Below, piece after piece: positions 9,234-18,774 of a DNA stretch of 64,000 nucleotides. This DNA is from a plasmid. The notes below the pieces were generated by a model. That model searched no databases. It worked only from the letters and a program-made list of their open reading frames with translations, and had not been told where the DNA came from. The DNA lies in the sequence record NZ_CP086424.1; one strand, written 5' to 3'. The translations under genes and the position numbers were made by a program. The stretch's first letter is position 1. Each line of letters opens with the position of its first letter.

Positions 9234-9662
9234 ATGATCAAGATTACAACTAAATTGGGATGCCTTCTGGCGGGGCTGCTTGTCCTGTCGGCTTGCTCAA
9301 GCGTCCCTCAGCCAAACAACGAATACGCGAAGGCCTTGGATGATACCAAACAGGTATGCGCTGCCTGTGCCCTGGTTGGTAATGACCTGCTGGTTGCCCT
9401 CAACAAGTCATGCGACACCCCAATGACCCCCGAGACTCTTACAAGCGTCATGAACAGTAACCCGATGTTTGCCGCCATGATGGCAATTAACTCCATAGGT
9501 GGAACCGACTTCTATCAGGTTTACCGTGATGCGGCCATAGACACCCTGCGGTGCAATGAAATGGACAGTTGGCCTGATCGGACCAAGGTGCGTTTCCAGC
9601 AGCCCGACATGCAAAAGGCGCTGGCCTTGAGGGTTTCTGCCAGACAGCAGAAGGCAAATTAA
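9234..9662 (+). CDS. Lipoprotein, hypothetical
   Basis: Signal peptide with an LSAC lipobox. 142 aa. Confidence 0.5.
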   Translation: MIKITTKLGCLLAGLLVLSACSSVPQPNNEYAKALDDTKQVCAACALVGNDLLVALNKSCDTPMTPETLTSVMNSNPMFAAMMAINSIGGTDFYQVYRDAAIDTLRCNEMDSWPDRTKVRFQQPDMQKALALRVSARQQKAN

Positions 9663-9679
9663 CTTTCACATGTGAAAGT
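9662..9679. repeat. Family A palindrome (copy 4)
   Basis: Perfect 18-bp palindrome overlapping the stop codon of the 9234..9662 gene. Confidence 0.8.
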
Positions 9680-9718
9680 CAGGCTCTCCGGGGCCTGATT
9701 TCACTATGAGGTGAATCT

Positions 9719-10078
9719 ATGGAGTTACAAGAAGCAAAAGAGGCTCTCGATAGCCTTCATCCACACAAGGCCTCAGCGCCTTTGAGGCTTGTCATCCACC
9801 AGCCAGGTGGGATTGGTGGAACCCCTACAGTGGGGGTGAAAGCTATTCACGCAGGCTTTGACTGGGACAGCAACACCATCCTGATCTATCCGGAAGAGCA
9901 GCTCACCCGGTTGACGCCGGATGAGGTCGCCGCCATCACGAAGTCAGTATCGAAAGGACAGTCCTGGCATTCATATCAGCAGTTCAAGAAGTATCGGGAG
10001 CAGTTGGCCGAAGCCACGGAAGAAATTAATAGGCTCAGGGCTGAGCTGGGCAGGTATCAGAATAACGGGAGGGGGTAA
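9719..10078 (+). CDS. Hypothetical protein
   Basis: 119-aa ORF ending in a coiled-coil-like segment. Confidence 0.45.
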   Translation: MELQEAKEALDSLHPHKASAPLRLVIHQPGGIGGTPTVGVKAIHAGFDWDSNTILIYPEEQLTRLTPDEVAAITKSVSKGQSWHSYQQFKKYREQLAEATEEINRLRAELGRYQNNGRG

Positions 10079-10524
10079 TGCTAAAACGCGGAATTATCAA
10101 TCTCGCTGCTAGTTACATCATTGTTGATGCCCTACTCCGGAATGCAGCAATTTGGATCTTTGGCTTGTCCTTCTCCGTTGGTGGCACTTACGTCACTGGC
10201 GAGGCCAGTACATGGGTCGTTTACCTAGCCACTTCTGGTGCCATGACACTCTGTTCTGTCGTAACAGCCTACCTGCTCGTGACCTATCACCGCTGGGGGC
10301 TGATGACGGCCAGGGTCTGGTTGCTATTGAGTGCCTGCCTAAACGGCTATGCCGTCTATTTGAGTAGCCACAACATCCAGTTGGTGGTGGCACTGCTTTC
10401 CAGCCTGTTTATTGCTTTGTGGATGCTCAAGACCCTTGAGCAACCAGCAGTGAAGGGGACGTACAAGGTAATCGCTGATCTTCACCGTCAGCTATGGGGA
10501 ATGTTGAAGGGGCAAACACAATGA
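10078..10524 (+). CDS. Integral membrane protein
   Basis: 148 aa with about 4 TM segments. Its start overlaps the preceding stop. Confidence 0.5.
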   Translation: MLKRGIINLAASYIIVDALLRNAAIWIFGLSFSVGGTYVTGEASTWVVYLATSGAMTLCSVVTAYLLVTYHRWGLMTARVWLLLSACLNGYAVYLSSHNIQLVVALLSSLFIALWMLKTLEQPAVKGTYKVIADLHRQLWGMLKGQTQ

Positions 10525-11039
10525 CGACGAATACTCAAAACGCGAACGCCAACCAGGTTCGGTCTTTACGCGACATGCTTGTCCCCGCCCTGTTGTTCTA
10601 TGTGGTGATGACGGCCATGTTTGTGGGTCTTGACGCATTCATGGATAAACCCACCAGCATGAACCTGCCATTTATGCCGTTCCTTGTCTCGATGGTGAGT
10701 TTTACCAGTGACGCACGTCGAGCGTGGGACTGGCGAAACGGGACCAAGGTTGTAGCTGTATTGACTGCGGTAGCCATGCTGTTGGCATTCATCTATCAGC
10801 TCGCGGTCGGAGAGATGAATCTCTTAGGGGTTGGTATATACCCGGCCACAGCCATCCTTCTGTTGGCAATCTCCTGGGTGATTCGCGCTATCGGAAAGAC
10901 AGCACCTTTCCAGTTCCTGGGGAGACACCTGGCGCGGTTTGGTGCATCGAAGTGGGTCCAGCGTACCGCCGCAGTCATTGTGCTCGCGGGAGGCCTTGCC
11001 ATCACTATCTATGCCTACTGGCTTAACCACGGGAGCTGA
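10521..11039 (+). CDS. Integral membrane protein
   Basis: ATGA overlap with the upstream gene. Multiple TM segments. Confidence 0.5.
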   Translation: MTTNTQNANANQVRSLRDMLVPALLFYVVMTAMFVGLDAFMDKPTSMNLPFMPFLVSMVSFTSDARRAWDWRNGTKVVAVLTAVAMLLAFIYQLAVGEMNLLGVGIYPATAILLLAISWVIRAIGKTAPFQFLGRHLARFGASKWVQRTAAVIVLAGGLAITIYAYWLNHGS

Positions 11040-11269
11040 TGATGATCATTGCAACGAAGAACGGCTTTCTGGTGGCCGCAGAACTAATCAGGGAAGAGGC
11101 CGGGTACTGGCTACTACAGCCTCGTGACCAAAAGACGCCGGTCAGGGTGAATAAGCAGGATAACAATAAACGCGCTTTCACGCATATGGGAGACGCCCTT
11201 CGCTGGGCCGGTGATCCTGAGCTTGCAAAGCAATTCGATGCCGAGGGGGAAGAACATGCAAATTCGTGA
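11039..11269 (+). CDS. Small hypothetical protein
   Basis: 76-aa ORF whose start overlaps the upstream stop. Confidence 0.35.
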   Translation: MMIIATKNGFLVAAELIREEAGYWLLQPRDQKTPVRVNKQDNNKRAFTHMGDALRWAGDPELAKQFDAEGEEHANS

Positions 11270-12113
11270 CTACATGACAAAGTTGTTTGACGCATTTGGT
11301 GATGTGGAGGAAGTCACCCGAGAAATGCTTCTGGAGCAGGCGGAGCTCATTCATACGATCAGCGATAAGTGTCAGAGCACAGGCCTGTTTCTGGATAGTC
11401 AGGTTCGTTTCAACCAGTTCGTTCAAGAGATTGAGGCTGACGACAAGGTAGAGGATCGGTTGCTTCATGCTTGGTGCTGGGTAATGGACCGAATAGTGAA
11501 GGCTCCAACATCCTTTCACATGGATGGGGCTGTGATTTTGACAATGCCTCTGGTCGCCAGATACCTGCCACCGGTTGAACAGGAGCCGGAAACCATCGTG
11601 GTGAATCTCGATGAGGACTACAAGGCTCCTGTAGGCAACCAAACGCTCTGCGAGCTCGTTATGGAACGGAGGCATTGGCCGCAAGGTGCAACCTGTGCGA
11701 CCCAAGAAGCGGACGGGGGAGTCCTCTACTGGGACGCCCCGGTTGATGTGGTAGAGGAAGGCAGAAAGGTCGCCGGTAAGCACGGCATGATGGCCGAGAT
11801 CGGATTGAAACATCAGGTTGATGCCTGGTATGCAGATATGGACGAAACACGGCTCGCAACCGATTGGAACACCGCCGTCATTACGCCTCACTGCTTGCTG
11901 CTTTCCTATCTGGATGTGCTTCAAAAGAACAAAGTTCCCTTTGATGAAGGTGTGCAGCTCGCTGCCGAATGGGTGAAGCAACTTGGCGGGGAATTTCGTG
12001 AAGACACTGAGGAAGCGCCGGAAGCTGAGGCTTCAGTGCTTTCCCTGGGGAGAGCCACGGCTCATTGCTTTAAACCCTATCCGGACACAAAAAATTTCTA
12101 TTACGAGGCCTAA
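11256..12113 (+). CDS. Hypothetical protein
   Basis: 285 aa from the ATG preceded by GGGGGAAG. Confidence 0.5.
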   Translation: MQIRDYMTKLFDAFGDVEEVTREMLLEQAELIHTISDKCQSTGLFLDSQVRFNQFVQEIEADDKVEDRLLHAWCWVMDRIVKAPTSFHMDGAVILTMPLVARYLPPVEQEPETIVVNLDEDYKAPVGNQTLCELVMERRHWPQGATCATQEADGGVLYWDAPVDVVEEGRKVAGKHGMMAEIGLKHQVDAWYADMDETRLATDWNTAVITPHCLLLSYLDVLQKNKVPFDEGVQLAAEWVKQLGGEFREDTEEAPEAEASVLSLGRATAHCFKPYPDTKNFYYEA

Positions 12114-12138
12114 GCCTCACCCAAACAGGAGGATCAAC

Positions 12139-12327
12139 ATGCGATACCAGGTATTTAAAACGAAGGAAGGGGGCCAGCCGGTGTTTACGGCACCGTGGTA
12201 CTGGTTGGCCTCTGCCATTGCTCACTGGTCATCTCTTAACTGGGATGCCTGTCGAATCGTAGACAGCAAGGTGGATGAAACAAGGCTCTGTTGGGCCAAG
12301 GCTCTACCGGCTGGGAAAAAAAAGTAA
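12139..12327 (+). CDS. Small hypothetical protein
   Basis: 62 aa. The ATG is preceded by CAGGAGG. Confidence 0.35.
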   Translation: MRYQVFKTKEGGQPVFTAPWYWLASAIAHWSSLNWDACRIVDSKVDETRLCWAKALPAGKKK

Positions 12328-12343
12328 TTTGGATGGAGTGATT

Positions 12344-12871
12344 ATGAGGTTAGGTTTTGTGAAAAATACGGGGGTTTCAGCGTTCCTGGTAGCCATGCTG
12401 GTGGTGGCCCCTCAGGTATGGGCAGAAACCTTTACTGCGAAGGTTGTGGGGGTGTCTGACGGTGATACGGTCAAGGTCCTGACTGAACAAAGCTGTGACT
12501 CCGGGAAAGATTGCCGGAGCGGCAAAATCCAGTACCGGGTAAGGCTGGCGGAAATCGACACCCCAGAGAAGAAACAACCCTACGGCTCAAAGGCGAAACA
12601 GGCGTTGTCCGATCTGGTGTTTGGTCGAATGATTAAAGTCGAGCAAATCGACAAAGACCGTTATGGCCGTCTGGTCGCCAACCTTTATGTCGATGGCAAA
12701 TGGGTCAATGCCGAAATGGTCCGTTCTGGGAGTGCGTGGGTGTACCGGCAGTACGCCAAAACACCGGAGCTGTTCAAGCTGGAGGCCGAAGCCAAAGCCG
12801 ATAAGCGAGGTCTCTGGGCATTACCGGAATCGGAGAGAACTCCCCCTTGGGAGTGGCGAAGAAAGCACTAA
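12344..12871 (+). CDS. nuc: Secreted thermonuclease (staphylococcal nuclease / SNase-like)
   Basis: Signal peptide. GDTVKV...RVRLAEIDTPE...YGR motifs typical of SNase-like nucleases. Confidence 0.7.
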   Translation: MRLGFVKNTGVSAFLVAMLVVAPQVWAETFTAKVVGVSDGDTVKVLTEQSCDSGKDCRSGKIQYRVRLAEIDTPEKKQPYGSKAKQALSDLVFGRMIKVEQIDKDRYGRLVANLYVDGKWVNAEMVRSGSAWVYRQYAKTPELFKLEAEAKADKRGLWALPESERTPPWEWRRKH

Positions 12872-12928
12872 CCACACCCCAGAGTATGCAGGTGTAAACA
12901 GTAACCAAGAAAACAAACAGGAATAACG

Positions 12929-13201
12929 ATGAACAAAAGTGAACTGATTATGAAAGTGGCCGAAGACGCTGACATTAGCAAAGCAAAGGCCGAAGCTGCG
13001 GTAAATGCGCTGATCAACTCAGTGACAGAGGAGCTTAAAGCGGGTGGGACAGTAGCGCTCACTGGGTTTGGTACTTTCCACGTTAAGGAACGCGCAGCGC
13101 GAACCGGGCGGAATCCCCAGACTGGAGAGAACATCCAGATCGCGGCGGCCAACATTCCTGGGTTCAAAGCTGGTAAGGGGTTGAAAGACTCCGTGAACTA
13201 G
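12929..13201 (+). CDS. hup: HU/IHF-family DNA-binding protein
   Basis: 90 aa. MNKSELI...GFGTF...R.GRNP.TGE is a canonical HU signature. Confidence 0.8.
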   Translation: MNKSELIMKVAEDADISKAKAEAAVNALINSVTEELKAGGTVALTGFGTFHVKERAARTGRNPQTGENIQIAAANIPGFKAGKGLKDSVN

Positions 13202-13212
13202 ATCTTAATCAT

Positions 13213-13285
13213 GTGACACATGAATAAGGTTTACATAAGGCTCCTTCGTGGGAGCCTTATTCATATCAGACATGAATAAGGGGAA
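13213..13285. terminator. Nested inverted repeats / strong hairpin downstream of hup
   Basis: GAATAAGGCTCC-TTCGTG-GGAGCCTTATTC 12-bp stem, flanked by direct ACATGAATAAGG repeats. Confidence 0.4.
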
Positions 13286-13288
13286 GGG

Positions 13289-13582
13289 ATGAGATTGTCG
13301 TCAACTCAAAAAGACGTTTTGTTCATTCTATACGCAATTGAGGCCGGTGGAAAAGCCGAGCCTGTACCAGGTGTAAAAATACTGGAGATGATCAATTCAG
13401 CTCGCCAGAGCGGTATTCATGGAACGAACTTCCGAACGTCATGCCACACGCTGGTGGAGAACGGCCTGTTGAACAAGTACCGGAATGCTTCTCTAAAGCT
13501 GGCCTTTAGGCTGACCGACGATGGCAGGGAACGTGCAGGAGAGATATACCGAAAACGGCTGGAAGAAGAGCAAGAGAAGTAA
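13289..13582 (+). CDS. Small winged-helix-like putative transcriptional regulator
   Basis: 97-aa basic protein. The composition is weak evidence. Confidence 0.35.
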   Translation: MRLSSTQKDVLFILYAIEAGGKAEPVPGVKILEMINSARQSGIHGTNFRTSCHTLVENGLLNKYRNASLKLAFRLTDDGRERAGEIYRKRLEEEQEK

Positions 13583-13608
13583 TACGCCCCATAACGGGGC
13601 GTATCGAG

Positions 13609-13911
13609 TTAAACGGCAAAGCCGTAGTGGGTGCCGTCCGGAAGTTCAACATCGAGGCGTAGCTTGCCACCGGAGGCCTCAACGTACCGCTTAATGGACG
13701 ACAGCTTGAGATCTCGTCCAGGTTTTTCCATCTCGGAGACTGTCGGCTGTCTCACACCCAGAGATGCAGCAATTTCCCCCTGGGTAAGGTTCATGCGATC
13801 ACGAAGCTCTGCCAAGTGGATGTTCAGTAACATCTCAGTGGCCGCTTTCTGTGCTTTGGCAACAACCTCAGGCTTTTCTGTTGCCAGCATTTGGTCAAGA
13901 GTTCTTGCCAT
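13609..13911 (-). CDS. ata: XRE-family HTH antitoxin (HigA/Ata-like)
   Basis: HTH motif LTQGEIAASLGVRQPTVSEME. Located immediately downstream of the RelE/ParE-like toxin gene. Confidence 0.65.
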   Translation of the reverse strand: MARTLDQMLATEKPEVVAKAQKAATEMLLNIHLAELRDRMNLTQGEIAASLGVRQPTVSEMEKPGRDLKLSSIKRYVEASGGKLRLDVELPDGTHYGFAV

Positions 13912-13915
13912 AACG

Positions 13916-14266
13916 TCACTCCTTCTTCAATTTATCCAAGTGCGCCGCAAACTCACGGTCTGCAATTGGGATCATTACTTCATAAAACCTTTTCTCGTCC
14001 CCGGTCTTGTTACCGGCGCAGAGAAGAATCCCCTTACGCTTTGGATCGAACGCAAAGAACGCTCTGATAGGATCTCCTTTGCTTTGGACCCGAAGCTCTT
14101 TCATGTTGCTGTAGGATGAACCGTTAACAGTATCCGCGTATGGCCTCGACAGCATGGGGCCTCTATCTCGCAGCACCATCATCGAAGCCAGCACGTTTGC
14201 TCTATCGGTATCATCCAGAGCATCGAACCACTCATCAAAGGTGTCGGTTGTCTCGATGACCCACAT
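13916..14266 (-). CDS. tad: RelE/ParE (HigB)-type toxin
   Basis: 116 aa. Toxin-then-antitoxin gene order. Confidence 0.6.
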   Translation of the reverse strand: MWVIETTDTFDEWFDALDDTDRANVLASMMVLRDRGPMLSRPYADTVNGSSYSNMKELRVQSKGDPIRAFFAFDPKRKGILLCAGNKTGDEKRFYEVMIPIADREFAAHLDKLKKE

Positions 14267-14360
14267 GATTTCTCCTTACTTAATATAGGTGCAATCCTAT
14301 ATAGATTCAAACCTATAATCAAGAAAAATCGGCGGCGATGGGGGCCGAAATGTCAGTAAG

Positions 14361-14417
14361 TAGTCATGTGACTAAAATAGGGGGTAGAATAAGCCTCGAT
14401 ATAGTCATGTGACTAAA
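14361..14417. promoter_or_regulatory. Two copies of the TAGTCATGTGACTAAAA palindrome in the toxin-antitoxin promoter region
   Basis: AGTCATGTGACT occurs twice, 40 bp apart. It lies between the divergent toxin-antitoxin operon and the 14429 gene. Confidence 0.45.
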
Positions 14418-14428
14418 AGGTGTCCTGA

Positions 14429-14977
14429 ATGAACAACCTACCCCTACTGCTCGATGCAAGAGAAGCCATTGACTACTACCACCAGCATCCAGGCATGACT
14501 GATGCAGAAAAGGCCTATGTGGTCGCGTTCCTAAGCGGAGAGGGGCGTTCAAACAGTCAGATCAGAGAGGATCTGGGTATTGAGAAGGTCTATACGGTTA
14601 CACACCTGAAACGCGCCGGTACGCTATCGGAGGAAGAGCTAACACTCTGGCTCAGAAATCCACGCAAGATCACCCTGGGGCATGTGAGGGCCGTGGCTAA
14701 GTTACCTTTCAGCAAGAGAGAAAAGCTCCTGAGGGATCTCCTGCATACCAGGACACCGGTTCATAAATTTGAGGCGATAGCGAAGGGCAAAGAAGTGGAC
14801 AGGGATGCAGACATTAAGCGCCTGGAGACCCTGATGAGCGATGCTACGGGTAGGCCTATCAAAGTTCGCTATAACCCCGCGAAGCGCTCCGGGGAACTGA
14901 CGCTGGGATTCTTCACGCTCGATGACCTGGATGACGTGTGCAAGGCTTTGGGGTTTGATCCAAGCGAGCAGATGTAA
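14429..14977 (+). CDS. ParB/Srx-like N-terminal domain protein
   Basis: 182 aa. TLGHVRAVAKL resembles the ParB-like nuclease / sulfiredoxin GxxRxxA motif. Confidence 0.4.
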   Translation: MNNLPLLLDAREAIDYYHQHPGMTDAEKAYVVAFLSGEGRSNSQIREDLGIEKVYTVTHLKRAGTLSEEELTLWLRNPRKITLGHVRAVAKLPFSKREKLLRDLLHTRTPVHKFEAIAKGKEVDRDADIKRLETLMSDATGRPIKVRYNPAKRSGELTLGFFTLDDLDDVCKALGFDPSEQM

Positions 14978-14985
14978 ACCAGAAA

Positions 14986-15003
14986 ACTTTCACATGTGAA
15001 AGT
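14986..15003. repeat. Family A palindrome (copy 5)
   Basis: Perfect ACTTTCACATGTGAAAGT, 9 bp after the stop of the 14429..14977 gene. Confidence 0.8.
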
Positions 15004-15025
15004 CTTGCAAGGTGTCTTTTTATTG

Positions 15026-15054
15026 TTTACAGTATCATAAAATGAATCTGTAAA
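15026..15054. promoter_or_regulatory. Family B inverted-repeat motif TTTACAGTATCATAAAATGAATCTGTAAA (copy 2)
   Basis: 13 bp upstream of the 15067 ORF. Confidence 0.45.
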
Positions 15055-15066
15055 GGTGCGCGATGA

Positions 15067-15318
15067 ATGTGCTTCCAACGAAAAGCTGGCCTTGGGCGTT
15101 ATAACTCAACCAGACCTGAGTGGCTGGCGGCGTACCGAAACGCAAGATGTATGAGAAGCTCAGGTAAAGAACCTGATGCTTCTCTTTCCGGGATAGCTTG
15201 GAAGGCGCAACTCATTGTTGCCCATGAAAGAGGCAGAATTGACAGCCTGGCTGTCCCTTTGGATGCCAGATTGATAGCAAAGAACCTCATCGACGAGATC
15301 CTTGCTGAGGAGAACTGA
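15067..15318 (+). CDS. Hypothetical protein
   Basis: 83-aa ORF. Confidence 0.35.
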   Translation: MCFQRKAGLGRYNSTRPEWLAAYRNARCMRSSGKEPDASLSGIAWKAQLIVAHERGRIDSLAVPLDARLIAKNLIDEILAEEN

Positions 15319-15512
15319 TGGACGAAAAAATTACCTACGAAGAAATGCTTGAACAACTCGACCAGAAAGGCATCCGCGTCACCAACGGGGCGAGACGGCT
15401 TTATGTCGCGTTGAACAACGGAGTCAAAGCTGAGGTGCTGGGTAACTGCGGTCCCGCCACAATCAGCTTGGTTGACGGGATGATTGTTGTGGAAGAGCAG
15501 ACTCTCCACTAA
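15318..15512 (+). CDS. Hypothetical protein
   Basis: 64 aa, start overlapping the upstream stop. Confidence 0.35.
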   Translation: MDEKITYEEMLEQLDQKGIRVTNGARRLYVALNNGVKAEVLGNCGPATISLVDGMIVVEEQTLH

Positions 15513-15522
15513 GGGCAGCAGC

Positions 15523-15894
15523 ATGGGCAAAAAAGTACACATCATTTGTGGAAAGTGCGGCAGTGACGAGATGAACTTTGTCATCAATGAACACTGTCCA
15601 GACGATCCCCAGAATGTTGCCAGTATGTCCTGCTCAAATTGTTGCGAACTGACAGGCATAGCCGAGTGGTCGGAATTTAATGGACGTGAGCTGAAAGGTG
15701 AAGCCGTCGCCCTATCAACACCGGCAAACGTGAATGCTCTTCTAGGATTGCTTCGCCAGGCGATGGACAGCGTTGAGTATCGCCTCTATGGCGGGGACAT
15801 GTCATTGAGCGGTAATGATGCTGCCGAACTCATAGACCTCCAGGAGCGAGCTGAGAAGGTCTTGTCTGTTCTTCGGAGTGATCAGCATGAGTGA
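15523..15894 (+). CDS. Zinc-ribbon protein (CGKCG...CSNCC)
   Basis: Cys clusters. ATG preceded by a GGCAGCAG ribosome-binding site. Confidence 0.4.
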   Translation: MGKKVHIICGKCGSDEMNFVINEHCPDDPQNVASMSCSNCCELTGIAEWSEFNGRELKGEAVALSTPANVNALLGLLRQAMDSVEYRLYGGDMSLSGNDAAELIDLQERAEKVLSVLRSDQHE

Positions 15895-16357
15895 TTTATA
15901 CGAACCGCTTGAGTTTGTGTTCTGCGGCTTTAGGAAAGGGGACGCTGGGCTATTTATCTCGGTAGCCACTTTGCGCGATGGTGTTTTAGGCCGTGAGATG
16001 TATTTCTCAAAGGGAAAAAGCAAAAGGCGCTGGGTTGTCGGTGGCATTTACTCAGGGGCCTCGTTTTCGGACAACGGAGCAAAAGGTCTGGATGATGCTC
16101 ATTACGTTAAAGCATGGGAAGTGCAAGGCGACAAGATAGAGTGGCAAGCAAAAAGCGAGCAAGCCGAAGCCTTGGCGCGAAGCGAGAAACTTGAAGCCGA
16201 CGATAGGAAGCGCAATGAACTCGAAGAGCTGATGCTACCCATCAGGAAGCAATATGGGGCATTAACAAAGCGACGTGATAGGGCAGGGGCCGCAGCTCTT
16301 GAAGAAGCTGTCCTGAGAGCGCTGAGAGCGCCCATCAGGAAGGCTGAGGAGAAATAA
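15887..16357 (+). CDS. Hypothetical protein
   Basis: ATGAGTGA overlap with the upstream gene. 156 aa. Confidence 0.4.
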   Translation: MSDLYEPLEFVFCGFRKGDAGLFISVATLRDGVLGREMYFSKGKSKRRWVVGGIYSGASFSDNGAKGLDDAHYVKAWEVQGDKIEWQAKSEQAEALARSEKLEADDRKRNELEELMLPIRKQYGALTKRRDRAGAAALEEAVLRALRAPIRKAEEK

Positions 16358-16371
16358 CCGTGGAGCCAGTC

Positions 16372-16713
16372 TTAGCTAAAGCATTCGCCGGTTTTAAAGT
16401 CGTAGCTGTAAGTGCCCATCAGATTGGCTTTTCGGCTTTTCTTGCCATTGGTGTTTGCTGGCGCTTTAGGGGTCGCAAGTACGCCATAGAACAGGATACC
16501 AACAAGTGCCGCTTGCCACGCGAAAACAGCAACCAGAATCCAAAAAGCAGCAGCCAGAACCGGCAGTTTGTGCAGAAGGTTGAGCACCGACTTGGCCCAA
16601 ATCACTGCCGGGATAGCCAGCACTGCGTAACCCCAGTTGGTGGCCTCAAGCATAGCCAGGCCAAGAATAACAACAGCCATCAGCGCGATATTCAGTACAT
16701 GTTTCATGGTCAT
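16372..16713 (-). CDS. Small integral membrane protein
   Basis: 113 aa, 3 to 4 TM segments. Confidence 0.45.
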   Translation of the reverse strand: MTMKHVLNIALMAVVILGLAMLEATNWGYAVLAIPAVIWAKSVLNLLHKLPVLAAAFWILVAVFAWQAALVGILFYGVLATPKAPANTNGKKSRKANLMGTYSYDFKTGECFS

Positions 16714-16803
16714 CTCTCCTTTTCAACTTACACTTTTATCCTATCACAGCATTAAAAAATGCAACTGTGAAAGGGCATTTTTCATTCAAAAAGAGGTGAC
16801 ACT

Positions 16804-17292
16804 TTGAGTGCAATTATCAGCAAGTGCGGCATGTACAGATACCGTCTGGAAAGGGATGTGCAACCCGAAGGCCTTGTGTTCGGTTATTTTGGTGTAAACG
16901 GCTCTACGGCCACGGCCACCGAGGACGATCACACGGTCAGAAAGTGGATAGGGTTTACCAAGGTCAACGGAGGGAGGCGATTCATAGTCGGTAATGCTTT
17001 TGCTTTTCGGGCGACCGACGTTCGAGAGCTGGCTACGGCGGTTGATCCTGTCGGGCCTGAAAATGAAATCCACTTGGAAAGGATTATTCGGGATGCTGAT
17101 GTCTTGGTGCCCTGCTGGGGGAGCCGAACTAAGCTGCCTAAGTCTTTGCATGTTCATTTGGACAGGCTTTTAGAGCAGCTCGTTGCATCTGGGAAGCCGG
17201 TATTGGCATTTGGCGTGACTGGTTCGGGGGACCCGAAGCACCCACTAATGCTTGGATATTCGACAAAACTTGTGCCCTGGGGAGGAAAATAA
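16804..17292 (+). CDS. Hypothetical protein
   Basis: 162-aa ORF. Confidence 0.45.
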   Translation: MSAIISKCGMYRYRLERDVQPEGLVFGYFGVNGSTATATEDDHTVRKWIGFTKVNGGRRFIVGNAFAFRATDVRELATAVDPVGPENEIHLERIIRDADVLVPCWGSRTKLPKSLHVHLDRLLEQLVASGKPVLAFGVTGSGDPKHPLMLGYSTKLVPWGGK

Positions 17293-17294
17293 TT

Positions 17295-17792
17295 ATGTCG
17301 ATGCTTGAAGCACGTTACTTCGTGGCAAAGATAAGCGATGCACAGGCCGTGCTCTGCGATGAGGAGCTGGCGACACTGGAAAGGCTGATCCGGAAGGTTG
17401 ATGATGGCCGCAGAGCAAATGGCAAGAGCTCGCTTACTTGCGTTGTTGTCGAAGAAGATTGGCCGAACTGGCAGCAAACGGTTGACTCTGTACTTTCACT
17501 TGCTGACGGGAAAGACAACGATTGGACCAATGCCACACCAGAACAAATCAAGGCCTTTTGGGTCGATGACTCAGTTTGGAAAACTCTGGATGGCCGGGAT
17601 AAATGGATTGAAGATCTCGACCTGCTGGTGGACGGTTCCCCGGTGGCTTCTGAGTGGGAACCTTTTGGCTTGGAATCAGGGCAGTCTGTCGTCATACGAG
17701 GCGGATGGATAGAAGGGAATGCCTTGAGTGATGATGGCGTACCGCTAGTGCAGGCATTCGTCGCTTGGAAACAGGGCCAAGACAACCACTAA
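17295..17792 (+). CDS. Hypothetical acidic protein
   Basis: 165-aa ORF. Confidence 0.45.
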   Translation: MSMLEARYFVAKISDAQAVLCDEELATLERLIRKVDDGRRANGKSSLTCVVVEEDWPNWQQTVDSVLSLADGKDNDWTNATPEQIKAFWVDDSVWKTLDGRDKWIEDLDLLVDGSPVASEWEPFGLESGQSVVIRGGWIEGNALSDDGVPLVQAFVAWKQGQDNH

Positions 17793-17837
17793 AGGAAAAT
17801 TACTTCGGAAGGGCGGCTATGGCCGCTTTCTTTTTAA

Positions 17838-17865
17838 TATTTACAGCATCACATAATGATACTAT
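17838..17865. promoter_or_regulatory. Family B motif TTTACAGCATCACATAATGATACTATGA (copy 3, degenerate)
   Basis: About 90 bp before the IS26 boundary. No downstream gene remains. Confidence 0.35.
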
Positions 17866-17954
17866 GATGTTGTTAATTTACTTGGGGAGGCGCTTATGCT
17901 CACTGCTAAATGTATAGGGTGCGGATGCACCGATGATCACGCTTGTGTTGAAAA

Positions 17955-18774
17955 GGCACTGTTGCAAAGTTAGCGATGAGGCAGCCTTTTGTCTTATTCA
18001 AAGGCCTTACATTTCAAAAACTCTGCTTACCAGGCGCATTTCGCCCAGGGGATCACCATAATAAAATGCTGAGGCCTGGCCTTTGCGTAGTGCACGCATC
18101 ACCTCAATACCTTTGATGGTGGCGTAAGCCGTCTTCATGGATTTAAATCCCAGCGTGGCGCCGATTATCCGTTTCAGTTTGCCATGATCGCATTCAATCA
18201 CGTTGTTCCGGTACTTAATCTGTCGGTGTTCAACGTCAGACGGGCACCGGCCTTCGCGTTTGAGCAGAGCAAGCGCGCGACCATAGGCGGGCGCTTTATC
18301 CGTGTTGATGAATCGCGGGATCTGCCACTTCTTCACGTTGTTGAGGATTTTACCCAGAAACCGGTATGCAGCTTTGCTGTTACGACGGGAGGAGAGATAA
18401 AAATCGACAGTGCGGCCCCGGCTGTCGACGGCCCGGTACAGATACGCCCAGCGGCCATTGACCTTCACGTAGGTTTCATCCATGTGCCACGGGCAAAGAT
18501 CGGAAGGGTTACGCCAGTACCAGCGCAGCCGTTTTTCCATTTCAGGCGCATAACGCTGAACCCAGCGGTAAATCGTGGAGTGATCGACATTCACTCCGCG
18601 TTCAGCCAGCATCTCCTGCAGCTCACGGTAACTGATGCCGTATTTGCAGTACCAGCGTACGGCCCACAGAATGATGTCACGCTGAAAATGCCGGCCTTTG
18701 AATGGGTTCATGTGCAGCTCCATCAGCAAAAGGGGATGATAAGTTTATCACCACCGACTATTTGCAACAGTGCC
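17955..18774 (-). mobile_element. IS26: IS26 (820 bp, 14-bp terminal inverted repeats GGCACTGTTGCAAA)
   Basis: Both terminal repeats read directly. The transposase (Tnp26) sequence MNPFKGRHFQRDIILWAVRWYCKYGISYREL is recognisable. Confidence 0.9.
18007..18711 (-). CDS. tnp26: IS26 transposase Tnp26 (234 aa)
   Basis: Exact recognisable Tnp26 sequence. Start at the MNPF ATG, 64 bp from the IS end. Confidence 0.9.
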   Translation of the reverse strand: MNPFKGRHFQRDIILWAVRWYCKYGISYRELQEMLAERGVNVDHSTIYRWVQRYAPEMEKRLRWYWRNPSDLCPWHMDETYVKVNGRWAYLYRAVDSRGRTVDFYLSSRRNSKAAYRFLGKILNNVKKWQIPRFINTDKAPAYGRALALLKREGRCPSDVEHRQIKYRNNVIECDHGKLKRIIGATLGFKSMKTAYATIKGIEVMRALRKGQASAFYYGDPLGEMRLVSRVFEM

